A stretch of 63,818 nucleotides of DNA, counting the filler, from Reticulomyxa filosa (taxonomy: Eukaryota > Protista > Foraminifera), in assembly GCA_000512085.1 (NCBI GenBank). It is 13 parts of 13 records of this genome, joined end to end, with 100 filler letters (N's around TTAATTAATTAA, not from the genome) between each part and the next. Parts side by side here need not be neighbours in the genome. Positions count along the whole stretch, not along the records: positions 32,288 to 48,790 come from ASPP01017236.1; positions 48,891 to 55,114 come from ASPP01000350.1; 11 more parts are not named here. The stretch is one strand, 5' to 3'. Under the pieces are notes generated by a model that saw nothing but the letters and a program-made list of their open reading frames with translations, ran no database searches and was not told the DNA's origin. Within the stretch, counting starts at the first letter, position 1; each line of letters starts with the position of its first letter. Position numbers and translations under genes: made by a program. Of this stretch, positions 38,541 through 51,131 are shown piece by piece.

Positions 38541-40641
38541 ATGACCGACAGCCCCGCAGATATTGCACGATGGACTTGGATATGTGTTGTGATCATGATC
38601 GTGGAATTTTGCCTGCAGTTAAATTGGACCGTGACGTATTTTTGGTTAAGGGACCAAGCACCTCTTAGGAAACGCTATCCAAATCTTGTGGTAACGATCA
38701 GCTGTTTTGCGATGCTGCTCTACATTTCGACAATTCTTAACTACATCTGGACCCAAGCGTCGTGTTGTGCAAATCCGTTTCCTTACTGGCGAGTGATCGC
38801 GATAACTGGTGTAATTTTTGCTGTTTGCGTACCGAATTACTTGCATATCTACAGAATTTACTTAACTTGGTACGTATACGCAAATGAAAGGAGAAAAAAA
38901 AAAAGTACATTTCAAGAGGGGAAAAAAAAAAGGATGCAAAAAGAAAATCACATATTTTATAGTTGTTGTAATATGTTCAAATAAGGTGTGATTTGGGCTG
39001 GAGTCAAGCATTGGAAGACAGCAAGTGGAAATTTAATATTGACAATGAGACCCAAAGTGGCTTTTCGATGAGATTTTTTTTACGACATCGAACCGGCCTT
39101 CTTGGAAACAAGAAAGTAGTGTTGCTATATTCAATAACATGGATGACCACTTTTGGCTTGCTGCTGATGTTGTCCGTTGCCTGGTTTGGACACGGTTCAT
39201 ATAGTACACTGTCGAGAGCAATCTCGGAATGGAATATCGTCGTACCTTCAATACATTTTTTGTTAATGTATTTTTTGTTACCGAGGTATGACGATATTTG
39301 GCATTTGCGACAAGAGATCCAATTTCTGTGTATTGGGCTATTTTTGAATGGATTGTCATTTATATTGTACGTCCAATTTTCTCCTCCTATTCCAAATAGT
39401 GTCAATTATGCATTTTTTTTGTTGGTCATTGGTTAAGTGACAAAAAAAAAAAGTATATGTAAAAAAAAAAATCGAATTTGCGTGCGATAAAAACAAAAAC
39501 AAGATCAAACCTCAATCATTGGATCCGCAGTAACCATGTTTATGGTTTTATATCGTTCCAAGTTACCCACAAACGTTTTTTCGCTGTACTTTTTCATTCA
39601 AACGCAAAAGAACAAGGCCAATTTGCACCGATTACGATCGGTCAGTGACCAAAAGGAAAAGGGGGGGCATGACAAGCCCAAACCTAGGTCAGGCGACGCC
39701 AGTTTACGTACTGTTGTTGCATCAGCAGAAGGATTTTCTGCATTTTGTCGTCATGCTACTCGTGAATTCAAGTTTTTTTTTTTTTAAGAAGAAAAAAAAA
39801 AAAAAGGTACTCAAAGTATGTGTACAATAAAACGTATATCCTTTAATAGTGTCGAAAATGTCTTATGGTTGGTCGAATCTGAGCAATTCTTGCGAGCACA
39901 TTTGCGTTTTCTAAAAGCGGAGGAATTGCGTTCGGACTTATTAAAGGTTGAATTTACAGATTCAGTTCCTCAGTCAACCATTGTAAATGCCAAAGGAACA
40001 TCAAAAATAAAAACGCAAGCCACGATTACTGATGTTTGGCGACAAGCGTTGCAACTATTTCAAAAGTATATTTTGGAAACTGCTGTGTTTGCGGTTAACA
40101 TAAGCTCTGACTGTCGTAAAAATCTATATGATGTTTAGTTACAAATGTGTACGTATATATGTAAAGTTTATTAAACATGCGCAGAACTTTGAATGTGTAT
40201 TTTTTTTGATCTTTTTTAATAATCTTATTTGTTGCATTTTTGACTAAAAAAAAGCTATTCCAATTTTCACAACATACCGCTAAATTTTGGATTCCGGAAT
40301 CGAATGAAGCCAATCAAAACAAAAGTGAAGTTTCTTCACCAAGCACGTCGCCGGTGATGTCGTCGTCGAAAGGTGTTGATTTTAGTGTTGAAATTTCAGA
40401 AGAACGACCCAGTGATGATGACAATGAAGAAGTAGCTCGTTACTTGAGTAAGAATAAAAAGATTGAGGATTTGTTTGTGCTGTTCGATCAATCCAGGAAG
40501 GAAGTTTATAAAATTATTTCGTTGGGAGTATTTAGCCGTTTTCGAAAAACTGAGGAGTATCAACAGCTAACTAAAGCAAATGCTACTGAAAAAGAACTCT
40601 CCGTATCCACTTCCGTGTCGTTCAATTACAAGGTATTCTAA
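38541..40641 (+). CDS. 7TM-RGS protein (multi-pass N-terminus fused to an RGS domain)
   Basis: About seven TM segments over three exons (PLRKRYP after TM1), then RGS motifs FCRHATREF|SVENVLW, FQKYI...VNISSDCR and LFDQSRKEVYKII...FSRF. Confidence 0.85.
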
Positions 40642-41852
40642 AAGAATAAAAATCATTTCCCGTCGAAAGATATGCACACATGGTCAGCCGGATTTGTTTT
40701 TGATATTTGAGAACTTTTCTCCTGTCGCTTTTTTTTTGTTGTTACTTTTTTTTTACTGTTACTCTTTTTTGTTGTTACTCTTTTTTTTGTGTTACTCTTT
40801 TTTGTTTAGGTTTTTCCTTTGTTTGGATTGTACAGTTTTTTGCCTCGTTAATGTAAGACTGTTTTGTTGAGTTTGTTTTTTTACGAATGAAATTATTTCA
40901 TTTGTAAAAAACATTTCGATTTGTGCAAAAAAAATATTTTGAGTTTGTGTTGATGCTTGCTGGCAAGCTGTTGATGTTTTAGTGACGTTTTAAAAGAAAT
41001 TCCATTTTCATGAATATTGTCATGGCATTGTCTGCTTGGTAGCCTTTCTTTGTTGGTTGCATTGTTGTGTTTCGTACGACCAGTTTTATGTGTCTTTTTT
41101 GTATCGATCACATATACTGTGCATATTTTTTTTCAGGTCACACAGAACATGCATTTATCTTCGGTTGTACCACTTTTATGTAGAGATATGATCTTCCAAA
41201 AGGTTTGTTTACACTTTTAAGTCTTTATTTCCAAAGAAAGAACATCAGAATATTTTTTAGTGAGCACCTGGGTGATTATGGTTTGTGATTAAAACAACAA
41301 AACCACACCTTAATCAAATATTTCCATTAATTTTAGAGCTGTCTTGTTTGTTATGCAACTTTATCATTAAGATATGTTTGCTTATTAATATGGACGACAC
41401 AAATTTTTTAATTTTTTTTGTAGTGTTGATTTAATTGTGTTTTGTTGTTTTTTTGTTAGTTTGCTTTTGTTGGGTCGCCTTTTATGTATTGTAAGTGTAC
41501 TTTTTCAATCGTTTTTTTGTGTTAATATTTTTGATTTAAAAATATTTAAAACGAAACAAAATCATCAAGTTTTTTTTAAATCCAAGGTTTTTTTGAGTTT
41601 CTATGGATCAGTATACGTAAAACTTTAAAATTTCAATAAAAAAAGAATAAATTTGAGCTTTTTAAAAAGATTAGTGAACTTGAAAGCAAAATAATAATTA
41701 AGAAAAAAGAAACTGTACAAAAATTAAGGGCCAAAAAGACGTTAATACAAAGACTTAATTATTAAAAATTATTTAAGTCAAAATATTAATAGCAAAAAAA
41801 TACACATTCAAGTTATCAAGATAAATGCATTTCAACAAAAGATAAACAGAAC

Positions 41853-43267
41853 TGTATGAAAAGCAATATTATACAAGTTCAAATAAAAGAACTGCGGGAC
41901 CCACTGTGGGTTAAATCTTCTTAACAACACAACTAACTTTGTTTTAGTTTCTTCAATTGTTTTCTTGATTCATTTGAGTCTTACTTCAATCTTTTATGTT
42001 GTTGACGTTTATATCTCATTTATCTGAATTTAGTTTCGTATTCGAAGCGATCTTGTGCGTTATCTAATGTGGCTTCAGTTTATGCCAATGTTGTAGGATT
42101 TTAATCCAACACAAATCTACTCACCATACCAGTCAATGAATACAATAGAACTTCCATCAATATATCGCATAATACAACTCTAACTTCAGTGCGAATTTTG
42201 CTTGCTGCCATCGTAACAAGATATCAGCTGGCCCTTCTCCAAATTTTGTAGTAAGCTCCTATCACCAACGTAATGCTTGCCTCCAAATGTTTTGCACATA
42301 CATGACATCATATCATTGAAGTCATTCAGGTTTTGAGATATAATTATCTCTTGAACTTCAGCTGACAAGCATTGCGATAATACGTACTGTAAACAAAAAC
42401 AATCCGGTAATTGGTATGTGTTTTTCCAAGCCAGAAATTGCGTCGCCATCTTGGAAAATTATCACGATTTCTATCAAAGATATTACGAAAACGATTGAGT
42501 GATTCCAAAGCTAACGTTGTCGCGTTTTGGTCAAATTTCTCGAGGTGCAAATCATTTACAATCGTTGCCTGTCCGACGTATGGCCTTTCGTTCAATATTG
42601 GAACTGCATAAGGTGCACTTTCTTCAATTTTTGAAACATATTTGTTGTCAATGTCTTGACTTTTTTGTTAAAATCTATTAGTGATACCTTCGGTTGTAAC
42701 TATTTCGTTAACAATTCGACCTGTTTTTGTAACATCATTATTTGTTGTTTCAATGATGTTTCATCTTCAACAGCTAGATCTTGACTCACACGACTGTGTT
42801 CGCAATAGTTTTCCAAAATTGTTTTGCATCGACATTTTTTCTTGTACATGCAAAATTTCAACTTAGTTTGACTTCGACCTAGCAGAACCTTTGTCTTTTA
42901 CTCGTTGACTAATATCTTCTATTTTCTGTAATACCTCATTGCGATTTGTGATTTCGCTTAACTCATCGTCTTTTGCCTCATTTCCAACTTGTTCTTGCAG
43001 TAACGACATGTTTTTGGGTTTCGTTCAATGTCAGTGGGTTCCAAATGTAGGAATAGTGAGGAGACTAAGTGTAATACGAAAGGAAACTTAGTTCCGAAAA
43101 GTAAATTTAGGAAAAGGAAAGTAAAGTAACGAGAATAATTGCAACTCAATGAAAGAAAACAACTAAAGAAACTAAAACAAAGTGAGTTGTGTTGTTAAGA
43201 AGGTTTAACCCACAGGGGCTCCCACAGTTACTTTATTTAAACTTGTATAATAGGGCTTTACCCTACA
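41853..43267 (-). mobile_element. Non-autonomous retroelement-like unit with two inverted LTRs and a decayed gag
   Basis: Termini TGT...ACA flanked by GAAC on both sides (41849-41852 and 43268-43271). The first ~125 nt of each end are close inverted copies. The right LTR (43046-43267) has its own TGTAGG...CCTACA ends and is followed by TT-TGG (PBS-like) and an ATG at 43009. Confidence 0.75.
42186..43009 (-). pseudogene. Decayed Gag-like ORF
   Basis: MSLLQEQVGNEAKDDELSE... with stops and frameshifts, then NFPRW/ATQFLAWKNTYQLPDCFCLQYVLSQCLSAEVQE...FNDMMSCMCKTFG, resembling the LTR-retrotransposon capsid pattern. Confidence 0.55.
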
Positions 43268-43522
43268 GAACGAATTGCAAAAGTAATAATATAATCTTTT
43301 TAAAAAAGTAAAATCTAAAAAAAATTACAAAAATTAATCAAGTAAAATAACGACATTGTAAAAAATAATAAATGCTTGTGATTGCAAAAATTTGGAAAAA
43401 AATAAATTCGCTTTGATAAACTTTAAGATTACTAGATTTTCTAAGTCGAAAATAACACTTTTTCAAATTTTTGTTTGAAAAAATAGATTATCTTCACACA
43501 GTGACATTTTTGTTTGTAAGTA

Positions 43523-45058
43523 CAGTATAGTGCAAAGTAAAGTTGACACAAAACGGCACCTTATAGAAATGATTGATTTTCTACATGAAAAAACAACATT
43601 TAAACCTAATTTTTAAAAAAAATCTACAAATCATGTACTTTTTAAATATCATCTTGGTTTTTTATTAAATCTTACTAACTGTTAAAAAATTTAATATTTT
43701 ATTGATTTTTGAAAATTTTCTAGAAAAAGTTGACAATCATGACTATGTCGTAACAATGAAACTTGACAACTTTTTTTAAGCATTTTCAGAAAGTTCTCAA
43801 TACGTACGTATTTGTAAAAAAAAAGATTAGTCTTCTAAGTTGAGTAGTTTTTGAGAAAACTCAATTTTTTGCAAAATTTAATGTTATTTTCAAAGTTTGT
43901 ATATTGTAAAAGCATAATGGTTTTTGACTACTGTTTGCTTTGTATTGCTTATCATTCTTTTTCCTTTTTTTGTACAATGCCAAACAAGTCAAGATAATTC
44001 AAAAGCATAAACCAAAATTTTTTTTGTGGTAAGATTGTCTTTAATGAAAATTACCATTTAGTTGAATCACTTTTTGCATTGTGTAATGCTTGTATTTTCT
44101 TTGGTATTGATTTTGTTAAATTTGTGCATGCTATTTGTAAATTTTTTCCAATTCTAATTTCTGCAGTTCTTCTTTTGATCTAAATGGTCTATTTTTGAAT
44201 ATTTTTGTTTTCACTATCCAAAACAGATTTTCGACTCGGTTCAGGTCTGGAGAATTTAGATTGAAATTCAATACTTTGAGACCATTTTGTTCAAACTACT
44301 ATTGTTGTAATTGCTGTGCAACTGATATCATTATCTTGCTGAAACATCCAATCTTCATTATCTTTTAAACACTAATTAATGCTTTTGAGCATTTTGTAGG
44401 AGAAGCTCTACTATATAGAGAGAATCGTTAAAGGGCTGATGAGCCCCAGTGGGTTAAACTTTTACCAATACTTTTTACTTACCAGTATTTTCTTTTCTCG
44501 TTTTAATCTGGTGTTTCGGTGTACTCATTTCCACACATTTGTTTTCTTTTTCTTTATTTAATCTTTTTTCGTTGATACTTGATCAACAGAGCTAATTAAC
44601 CTTTCGTATTACATTTAGTGTAATATTTCATCAGCAGCATAATCTCACAATTTTATAAATAGAACTTCTTTGTAAATATATGCATTGATATATCAATTAA
44701 TGTTACATGCATAACTATGTCCTAACACTCCAAAGCAAGACCAAATGATTATGCTTCAATAACTAATTTTTGATGTTTTTATGATTGAACGTCAACTTCT
44801 ATTTACGCAAACATTCATAACTTACATGAAATTTTTTTCAATTTTGAGCAAACTCCAGTCCTTACTCAACAGTTCAATAGCACTTTTTTAAAAAATTATC
44901 AATCATTTAGCAGTTTTAAAAAAAAAATTTAAAAACTCAAATAACGGATTACATTGATCTAAAAAAAAAGAAAAGAAAAATAAAGTATAAAATATTGAAA
45001 TAATTGTAAATATTTAATAAAAAACCAAAATGATATTTAAAAAGTAAACGATTTGTAA
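43523..45058 (-). mobile_element. Decayed Tc1 (DD34E-type) DNA transposon
   Basis: TA|CAGTA terminus at 43523 with a long TIR and a partial partner TIR at ~45015-45058. Minus-strand transposase remnants IIWSCFG...INAYIYKEVL, WMFQQDN (~44340), SPDLNRVENLFW (~44240) and NLTKSIPKKIQAL. Confidence 0.85.
44395..44649 (+). mobile_element. Solo LTR inserted into the Tc1 transposase
   Basis: ATTT|TGTAGG...CTCACA|ATTT (4-bp TSD). Shares GAGCCCC.GTGGGTTAAAC and CCTTTCGTATTACA.TTAGT with the LTR at 43046-43267; transposase similarity resumes on both sides. Confidence 0.8.
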
Positions 45059-45651
45059 ACATACACGTATGTAAACGAAACAATGTTGACTTCGACAACA
45101 ATATTTCTAAACAAATTATAATGAACATTTTGAAATTTAAATATATATCTGTGTATACCAAAAATCATCACACGGATCAAATTTTTTACAAAATTTTTTT
45201 AAAGGACGTAACTTATCATTTTTACAGTTAAAAAATTTGATTTTTTAGCTATTTTTGTAAGAAAGACCATATTTTAGCTGATTTGGTAGCGATATAAGTG
45301 ACTGTATTACAATTGAATAACTCGTTATGTAAGTAATAAAATTATTTCATTTTCTTAATTCTATATTGAAGATCTATTAAGAAAGAATGTAGTTGTTGAA
45401 GAAAAGGAATTTAAATTTTTTCTTTTCAAAGATAGAACAAAAAAATTTGGTGTAATGAAAAAATAGATATAATATGCAGAATCATGGAAGCCCACGTTTG
45501 TTTATTTTTTACTTGATTTACTCACACTAGTAAACATTTCGACATGGAATATTTCGATACTTCAAACTACCAAAAAAAGAAGTTGAGCAAACTCGGTACT
45601 TACTTTCAAAGGGGCTCTTAAAAAAATCTTATTTGATCAGGTATTGCAGTA

Positions 45652-46908
45652 ATGAAGACTTTGTCTGCCACTGAAAAAGCACTTAATCGTATGCTTCTGA
45701 TCAAAGGCTGTTTGACGACAGAAGAATTGGAATATGAACAGCGTCAACTTAGTAAACTGTTTGGAAAGCCTACAGAAAAAGAGGAGAATGTTACCGATAT
45801 TCTAGGGGACCATTTGATGAGTACGGCATCGTTTGTGAACGCACAAATTGTCTCACACCGGGACGCAATCAGCGGGAAGACTTATTATGGATATTCTTTT
45901 AATACACTCAAAAGTGAAAGCAATGACTTTCAGCATGTTAACGGGTTTTCTGACGAAGAAATTAATTTCTGTCGACGTTTGTTTCGCGTAGCTTTAAAAA
46001 ACAAGGGCCTGTTTGACGGTTGCACCATAAAAACAGTTATCGATTAAAAACAATATTTCAGTTGATAAAATAGTACATAGTATTGTTGTGAAAGGAAAAA
46101 AAGTAAATAAACGTGTGTTCAAAATAATTTATCACAGCTAAATGAACGAATAGAAAAACCATTGGACAAGCAAATGTTAACTGCCCTAATAAAAAAATTG
46201 ACGGCAAAACGTTTGATTCAAATTTGCAAAAATATCAATGACGTAGCGCAACTTGCCTGTATCCAAAAACAATCGATTGACCTCCTCAATAGGAGTCCAC
46301 AAAAACGAAGAATGTCAAACAGATTTAGTTTGTCACAAAATTACTCGCAAACAGTTTGGATTATCTTTATTTATTTTTCTTCCAAAAAAAAAATAATAAT
46401 AATTTCATCTCTTCTCTTTTCCGACAAACAACAATGGTTCAAATGTTAGGGTAAAATAAAAATGCAACATGCCGAAGAAGATTATAAGAAAGAAATAAAG
46501 GAGATCGAATCCTTGAATATAGACCAAAGCGATTCGTGTATATTTTTGATAGGTCCCCGTGCTCATCTTGAATTTCAGTATCTGTTGGATTCAATGAGCT
46601 GTCATGAAATTAACGAATGCAGCATATGCAATTCCGCAGTGGAAGCATTTGGACACATTTGCTTACATAGCCGTTGCTCGAAAATTTTACATGTTGACTG
46701 CGCCGAAGAATATATGCACAACTTAGAGTACAAAAATATTGTGTGTCCCAGTTGTAGGCAAAGCTGGGGCTCCAATAAAAAACACTTGCAATCAATGTCT
46801 AGGTTTATTGCAACGCCCAGAGATGCGCTTGGATTTATTGATCAAGTTCTTGATGAAATGAGCACGGCCCAAGAGCAAAATAAAACAAACTCGGACAATG
46901 AGCACTAA
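45652..46908 (+). CDS. NSE1: Smc5/6 complex non-SMC element 1 (winged-helix plus RING)
   Basis: IGPRAHLEF followed by RING-like CSIC...CLHSRCSKILHVDC...CPSCRQSW; three exons. Confidence 0.8.
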
Positions 46909-47403
46909 AGGAGAAGTTTATAAAATGGAGAAAATACGCAGTATAATGATTACATTGTCTGTGTTTTTTTGTCTTGTTAGTCTATTTATTTTTTCGTAAT
47001 TTAAAATTTTTCAATTAAATACGATCCGTCCCCAAATTTTTGTTAAATACACTACAGATACCACTTGCGTGGTAGTCAATAGCGAATTGAAATCCTGACT
47101 GTAAACAGAAAGTGCCAAACTTTTTTTGCCAACTTTTTATTTAATAAAAAGATATCAACGTTAACTTTGACATTTCTACATGAGAATTTCTTTTTAATCC
47201 AGAAAAAAAAAGTGTTTGTGGTGATCATATTTTAACAATGAAAGCAATTATTTTGACTTTTTTTGGTTTTCTAAAAAGACAGTATTATAATTTCACTTAG
47301 TACGTTTTAATCTTTCTATTTTTAATTAAAATAAGTAAACTCGATTGTATTTTGAAAAATAATATAAAAAGATATTTATTTTAGCCAAAATATATAACTA
47401 ATT

Positions 47404-47490
47404 TCATATTTAAAGACTACAATATTTGTATATATTTTTAAAAAAATTAAATGTTTATTTTTCATTTAGAAAATCGATTATTCTAATAAT
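47404..47490. mobile_element. Degenerate Tc1-family TIR fragment
   Basis: CATATTTAAAGACTACAA...TTTTCATTTAGAAAATC resembles 40-125. Confidence 0.45.
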
Positions 47491-47882
47491 AGTGCAATTT
47501 ATTTAACAGTTTTTTATAATTTAATGTAATAATGTGCTGATATATTGTTATTAGCACTTTAATCGCACTTTTTATCAGTAGGTTTTCTTTTTGAAAAAAG
47601 TCCAAAAAATAATAATTAAATTGATTTTTTTTTCATTTACAAAAAAAATCATTTGTCATTAACTATCGAATCATTAATTGTATCTATTCATCTTTCTTAT
47701 TCTACTTTTCGTGCTTATTTCCAATATCCTCCTAGCACAATGAAGTAGTTTGACTTTTTTCAAAATGAAAACATTACCGATAATTACTAGTTAAAGAAAG
47801 TTTGACGATTTGCAAACACGAAACGTTCATCAAAAGGGCTTGTTGATTTCTTTTTGCGGCTCACTCCAAAATCGAGGAATAA

Positions 47883-48720
47883 ATGACCACTGATAAAAAT
47901 TATTCACGTCCTTGCAAGCATTTTGACGCACATATCTCAAAGTCTAGACTGGCACAAATAACGGAAGAGCGTCGACAAGCAAGAGTTGTTTGTTGTTTTT
48001 TCTTCGATAATAAGTTTATCTGAGATAACAGTATATTTGTGAAATCGATAGAAATCTGATCAGTGTTTGATTTGCGATTGTAAAGAAGACTTGTGGGAGT
48101 GTATCGAATGCGCGACAGTGGTCTGTGGTGAAACAAAGAGTCAGCACGTGGCACATCACCATAAAGAAGCAGAGGTGCACATGCAATTGCATACATTAAA
48201 TTCACAACTTTCTGTTACACACATAACACATATAAGAAAAATCCCCCTTTTCTCCGTCAGGACTTTACAAAAAGCTTCTCTCTTTTTCTTTCAATGTGAT
48301 AAATCAAATCAAACAGCATCAAATTTTTGCAAATTGTAAAGCTCCAGATAAACTGTGGTGCTGCCAATGCGAAATTAGATTCACCTTTGTAGAAACACAT
48401 CATTTAAATCGTCAGCAAAAACACAAACATGTTAAAACATCATTACTACCACGACCTGAAGTTATATTAAATATAAATAAATATGTGCACATACATATAT
48501 ATATATATGTTATGTAAGTAAAATTATGCAAAAATGATAAACGAAGACATTGAAAATGGGGACAGTGAAACTTGTGTGAATGTGACTCAAAACAGAATTG
48601 GGTAAGCGTGAATAAGCTATTGTCGTCGGAATTAATATATATGCGAAATAAGAAAAGTGGTACTTGTGGTTTGGGAAATATGGGCAACACGTGTTTTATG
48701 AACGCATCTTTGCAAGTTTT
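47883..48720 (+). CDS. Ubiquitin-specific protease with N-terminal ZnF-UBP (3' truncated by gap)
   Basis: PCKH, LWECIECATVVCG...HVAHH and LWCCQC; Cys box GLGNMGNTCFMNASLQ at ~48667-48716. Confidence 0.88.
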
Positions 48721-48749
48721 GTCTCTGTCATTTTTTTGATGTTTCGTCT

Positions 48750-48790
<41 letters not shown>

Positions 48791-48890
48791 NNNNNNNNNN
48801 NNNNNNNNNNNNNNNNNNNNNNNNNNNNNNNNNNTTAATTAATTAANNNNNNNNNNNNNNNNNNNNNNNNNNNNNNNNNNNNNNNNNNNN

Positions 48891-50692
48891 CAATACAAAG
48901 TCATATCAAAAGAGTGGGACCTCGGAAAAGACGCATACTGCCAAAGCCCAATCAAAATATATGAACAAATCACCTCGACGTAACAAGCATGGACACGAAC
49001 ACGAACACGAACATCGACACGAACATCGACACGAACATGGACATGCACACGACCGGAAACATGAGCATGCTAATGCACGTGAACGTGGCTCGCAAGAAAA
49101 GCAGACAGCTTGGGAGAAGAAAGAAAGAGGAGCTTATCCTGTGGTCAAATTCGACAAGACTACACGTTCCAAACACATTCAAAAAACAGTAGATACAGCC
49201 GATACTGAAAAAGAGGCACTCCTGGCAGATCCAACAAGCAATTCAATCGTTATGTCACAAAACTCTGTCACAAACAGACAAGCGAATACAGACATACTCT
49301 CTCCTACTTCGGCTCAAAGGTCAAATAAACGCAGATATCGAAACGATAACGACACTGAAGACATTGTTATGTTTATTTATTATATAATTTTTTCTTTTAG
49401 TTTATTTATATGTTATACGTGCATAAATTTATGTACGTATACTTTTATTTTTTTTTCCAGTTTTTTTTTTTTTTTTTTGGCTTTGTTTGAAATAGTTGGA
49501 AAAAGATCCTGGAGTTGTGTGTATGGATATACTTGACTTGGTCCGCAATGGTTTCACCAGTACGACAATGCGTGAAACAAAAATTCGCTTGGCTGGTGGC
49601 GCCCATACCAATGTGCATGACAATGAAACTGAAAAGGAGATTGGCTATCAATTTGAAATTGTGAAATTCAAAAACGAAAAGTTTGAAAAAGAGATTCGCA
49701 ATACAATTAGCGAGATTGAAAAGCGACAAATTGAGAGTGCTCAAGGGTGGTATCACATGTGGGAAAAGGGCAGCTTTCTTTTCACAAGTATACGTACTTT
49801 GGCCCAACCTATTATCGACAATTTGATTAGTGATGACCAGCGATATGTACGGGTATTTGAAGAGCTAAGTGAACGAGAACAAATGTATTTGACCCAACTG
49901 AAAGATCACTGTGATCGTATCATGCGTGGAAAAAATCAACGTACTGTATTGAAACAAAATGAAACTGATATCTATTTGTTACTTAAATGCGCTTATTCGG
50001 CACATCAAAGACTCCATAAAAATGTTCGCTTTATTGCGAAAAACTATCGTGTCAGAGGACAATACGAAGGAGATCCAGGGGTTAAACATGTTCAAAGGAT
50101 TGTTGAAAAAGGCTTATTAGGTTTGATTTCTTTCTTTCTTACAGCTTCAGAAAGAAAAACAATCTTGTTGTCTGTGTTTGACTAAAAAATAAAAGAATAC
50201 ATTGGCGAATATGACAAGAAAAGGTATAGTGATCCCACACACAAAGTGGATAATTTATTTTCTCCGAGTAATGTAAAAATTGATTATGCCTCTGTCAAAG
50301 ACTATGCTCGTGCCGGAATCACTTGCCAAGGCATACAACAAATAATTGAAGCTTTGAGATTGGTCGAAAAAAATTCTGGAATTGAAATTATTCGGATAAA
50401 AAATAGATTTGATAGTCCCAACAAAGGAGGATACAAAGACATTTTAATCAACATTCGCTTCCTCGATCGCCGCAAAAAAGATAAGTCAAGCCATAGATAT
50501 GGCGGGCACGTCTGCGAACTGCAACTCCATCACGAAAAATACCAAATTATTCGAAGTGAAATGAATGGACATGATAATTATTCTGCAAGTCGATTCATGA
50601 TTGATTTTGTTCGCCAAAAAGCGCTTTACAGCACCAATGAATCTGATGAACGAAAAATGCAACTCATTAAACTTATTCAAAAATTACAATAA
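48891..50692 (+). CDS. Protein with a C-terminal RelA/SpoT-like (Pol-beta-fold) nucleotidyltransferase domain (5' truncated)
   Basis: VKHVQRIVEK, KDYARAGI, RIKNRF, GGYKDILIN and VCELQLH occur in the order of synthetase motifs Syn1-4; introns at ~49368-49495 and ~50121-50195. Confidence 0.75.
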
Positions 50693-51131
50693 AATCATTT
50701 GTTTGCCAAGTTGCAACTTCTGTTGTAAGAAAAATAGCTCAAAAAATGTAAAGTTGTTTGATCATTTGACTTTTTTTTTCTTATTGTTACAGAAGTTGTA
50801 AGGGTTCTTTCGTTTTAATTCTTTTGACTTGGTCTGGATTTCTGCAACAAAAAAGTGACATATTAACTTGCTTTTGGCCGAGCTGTTCTCAAACTCCTTG
50901 AAATAAAAAAAGAAGAAAAATTTGAAAAAGATATTTCTTTGACGTTGTCAAACTCCTTGGATGCCAGTACCGAGAGAAAAAATCTTTACAAAATCTCTTT
51001 TCAAACAAAACACATGATCAATCAGTCAACGCAATTATACAACACAAATCCACACAATTATCAAATCACAGACAGGTTATTTGCTCTTGATCATGTGAAC
51101 AAGCTGTTTTTGCAAGCTAAAAAGATATTTT

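Noticed and set aside
10792-46908. Apparent cluster of telomere/genome-maintenance genes (TERT, SMARCAL1-like, NSE1)
   Set aside because: Separated by many gaps and unrelated genes; no evidence beyond chance.
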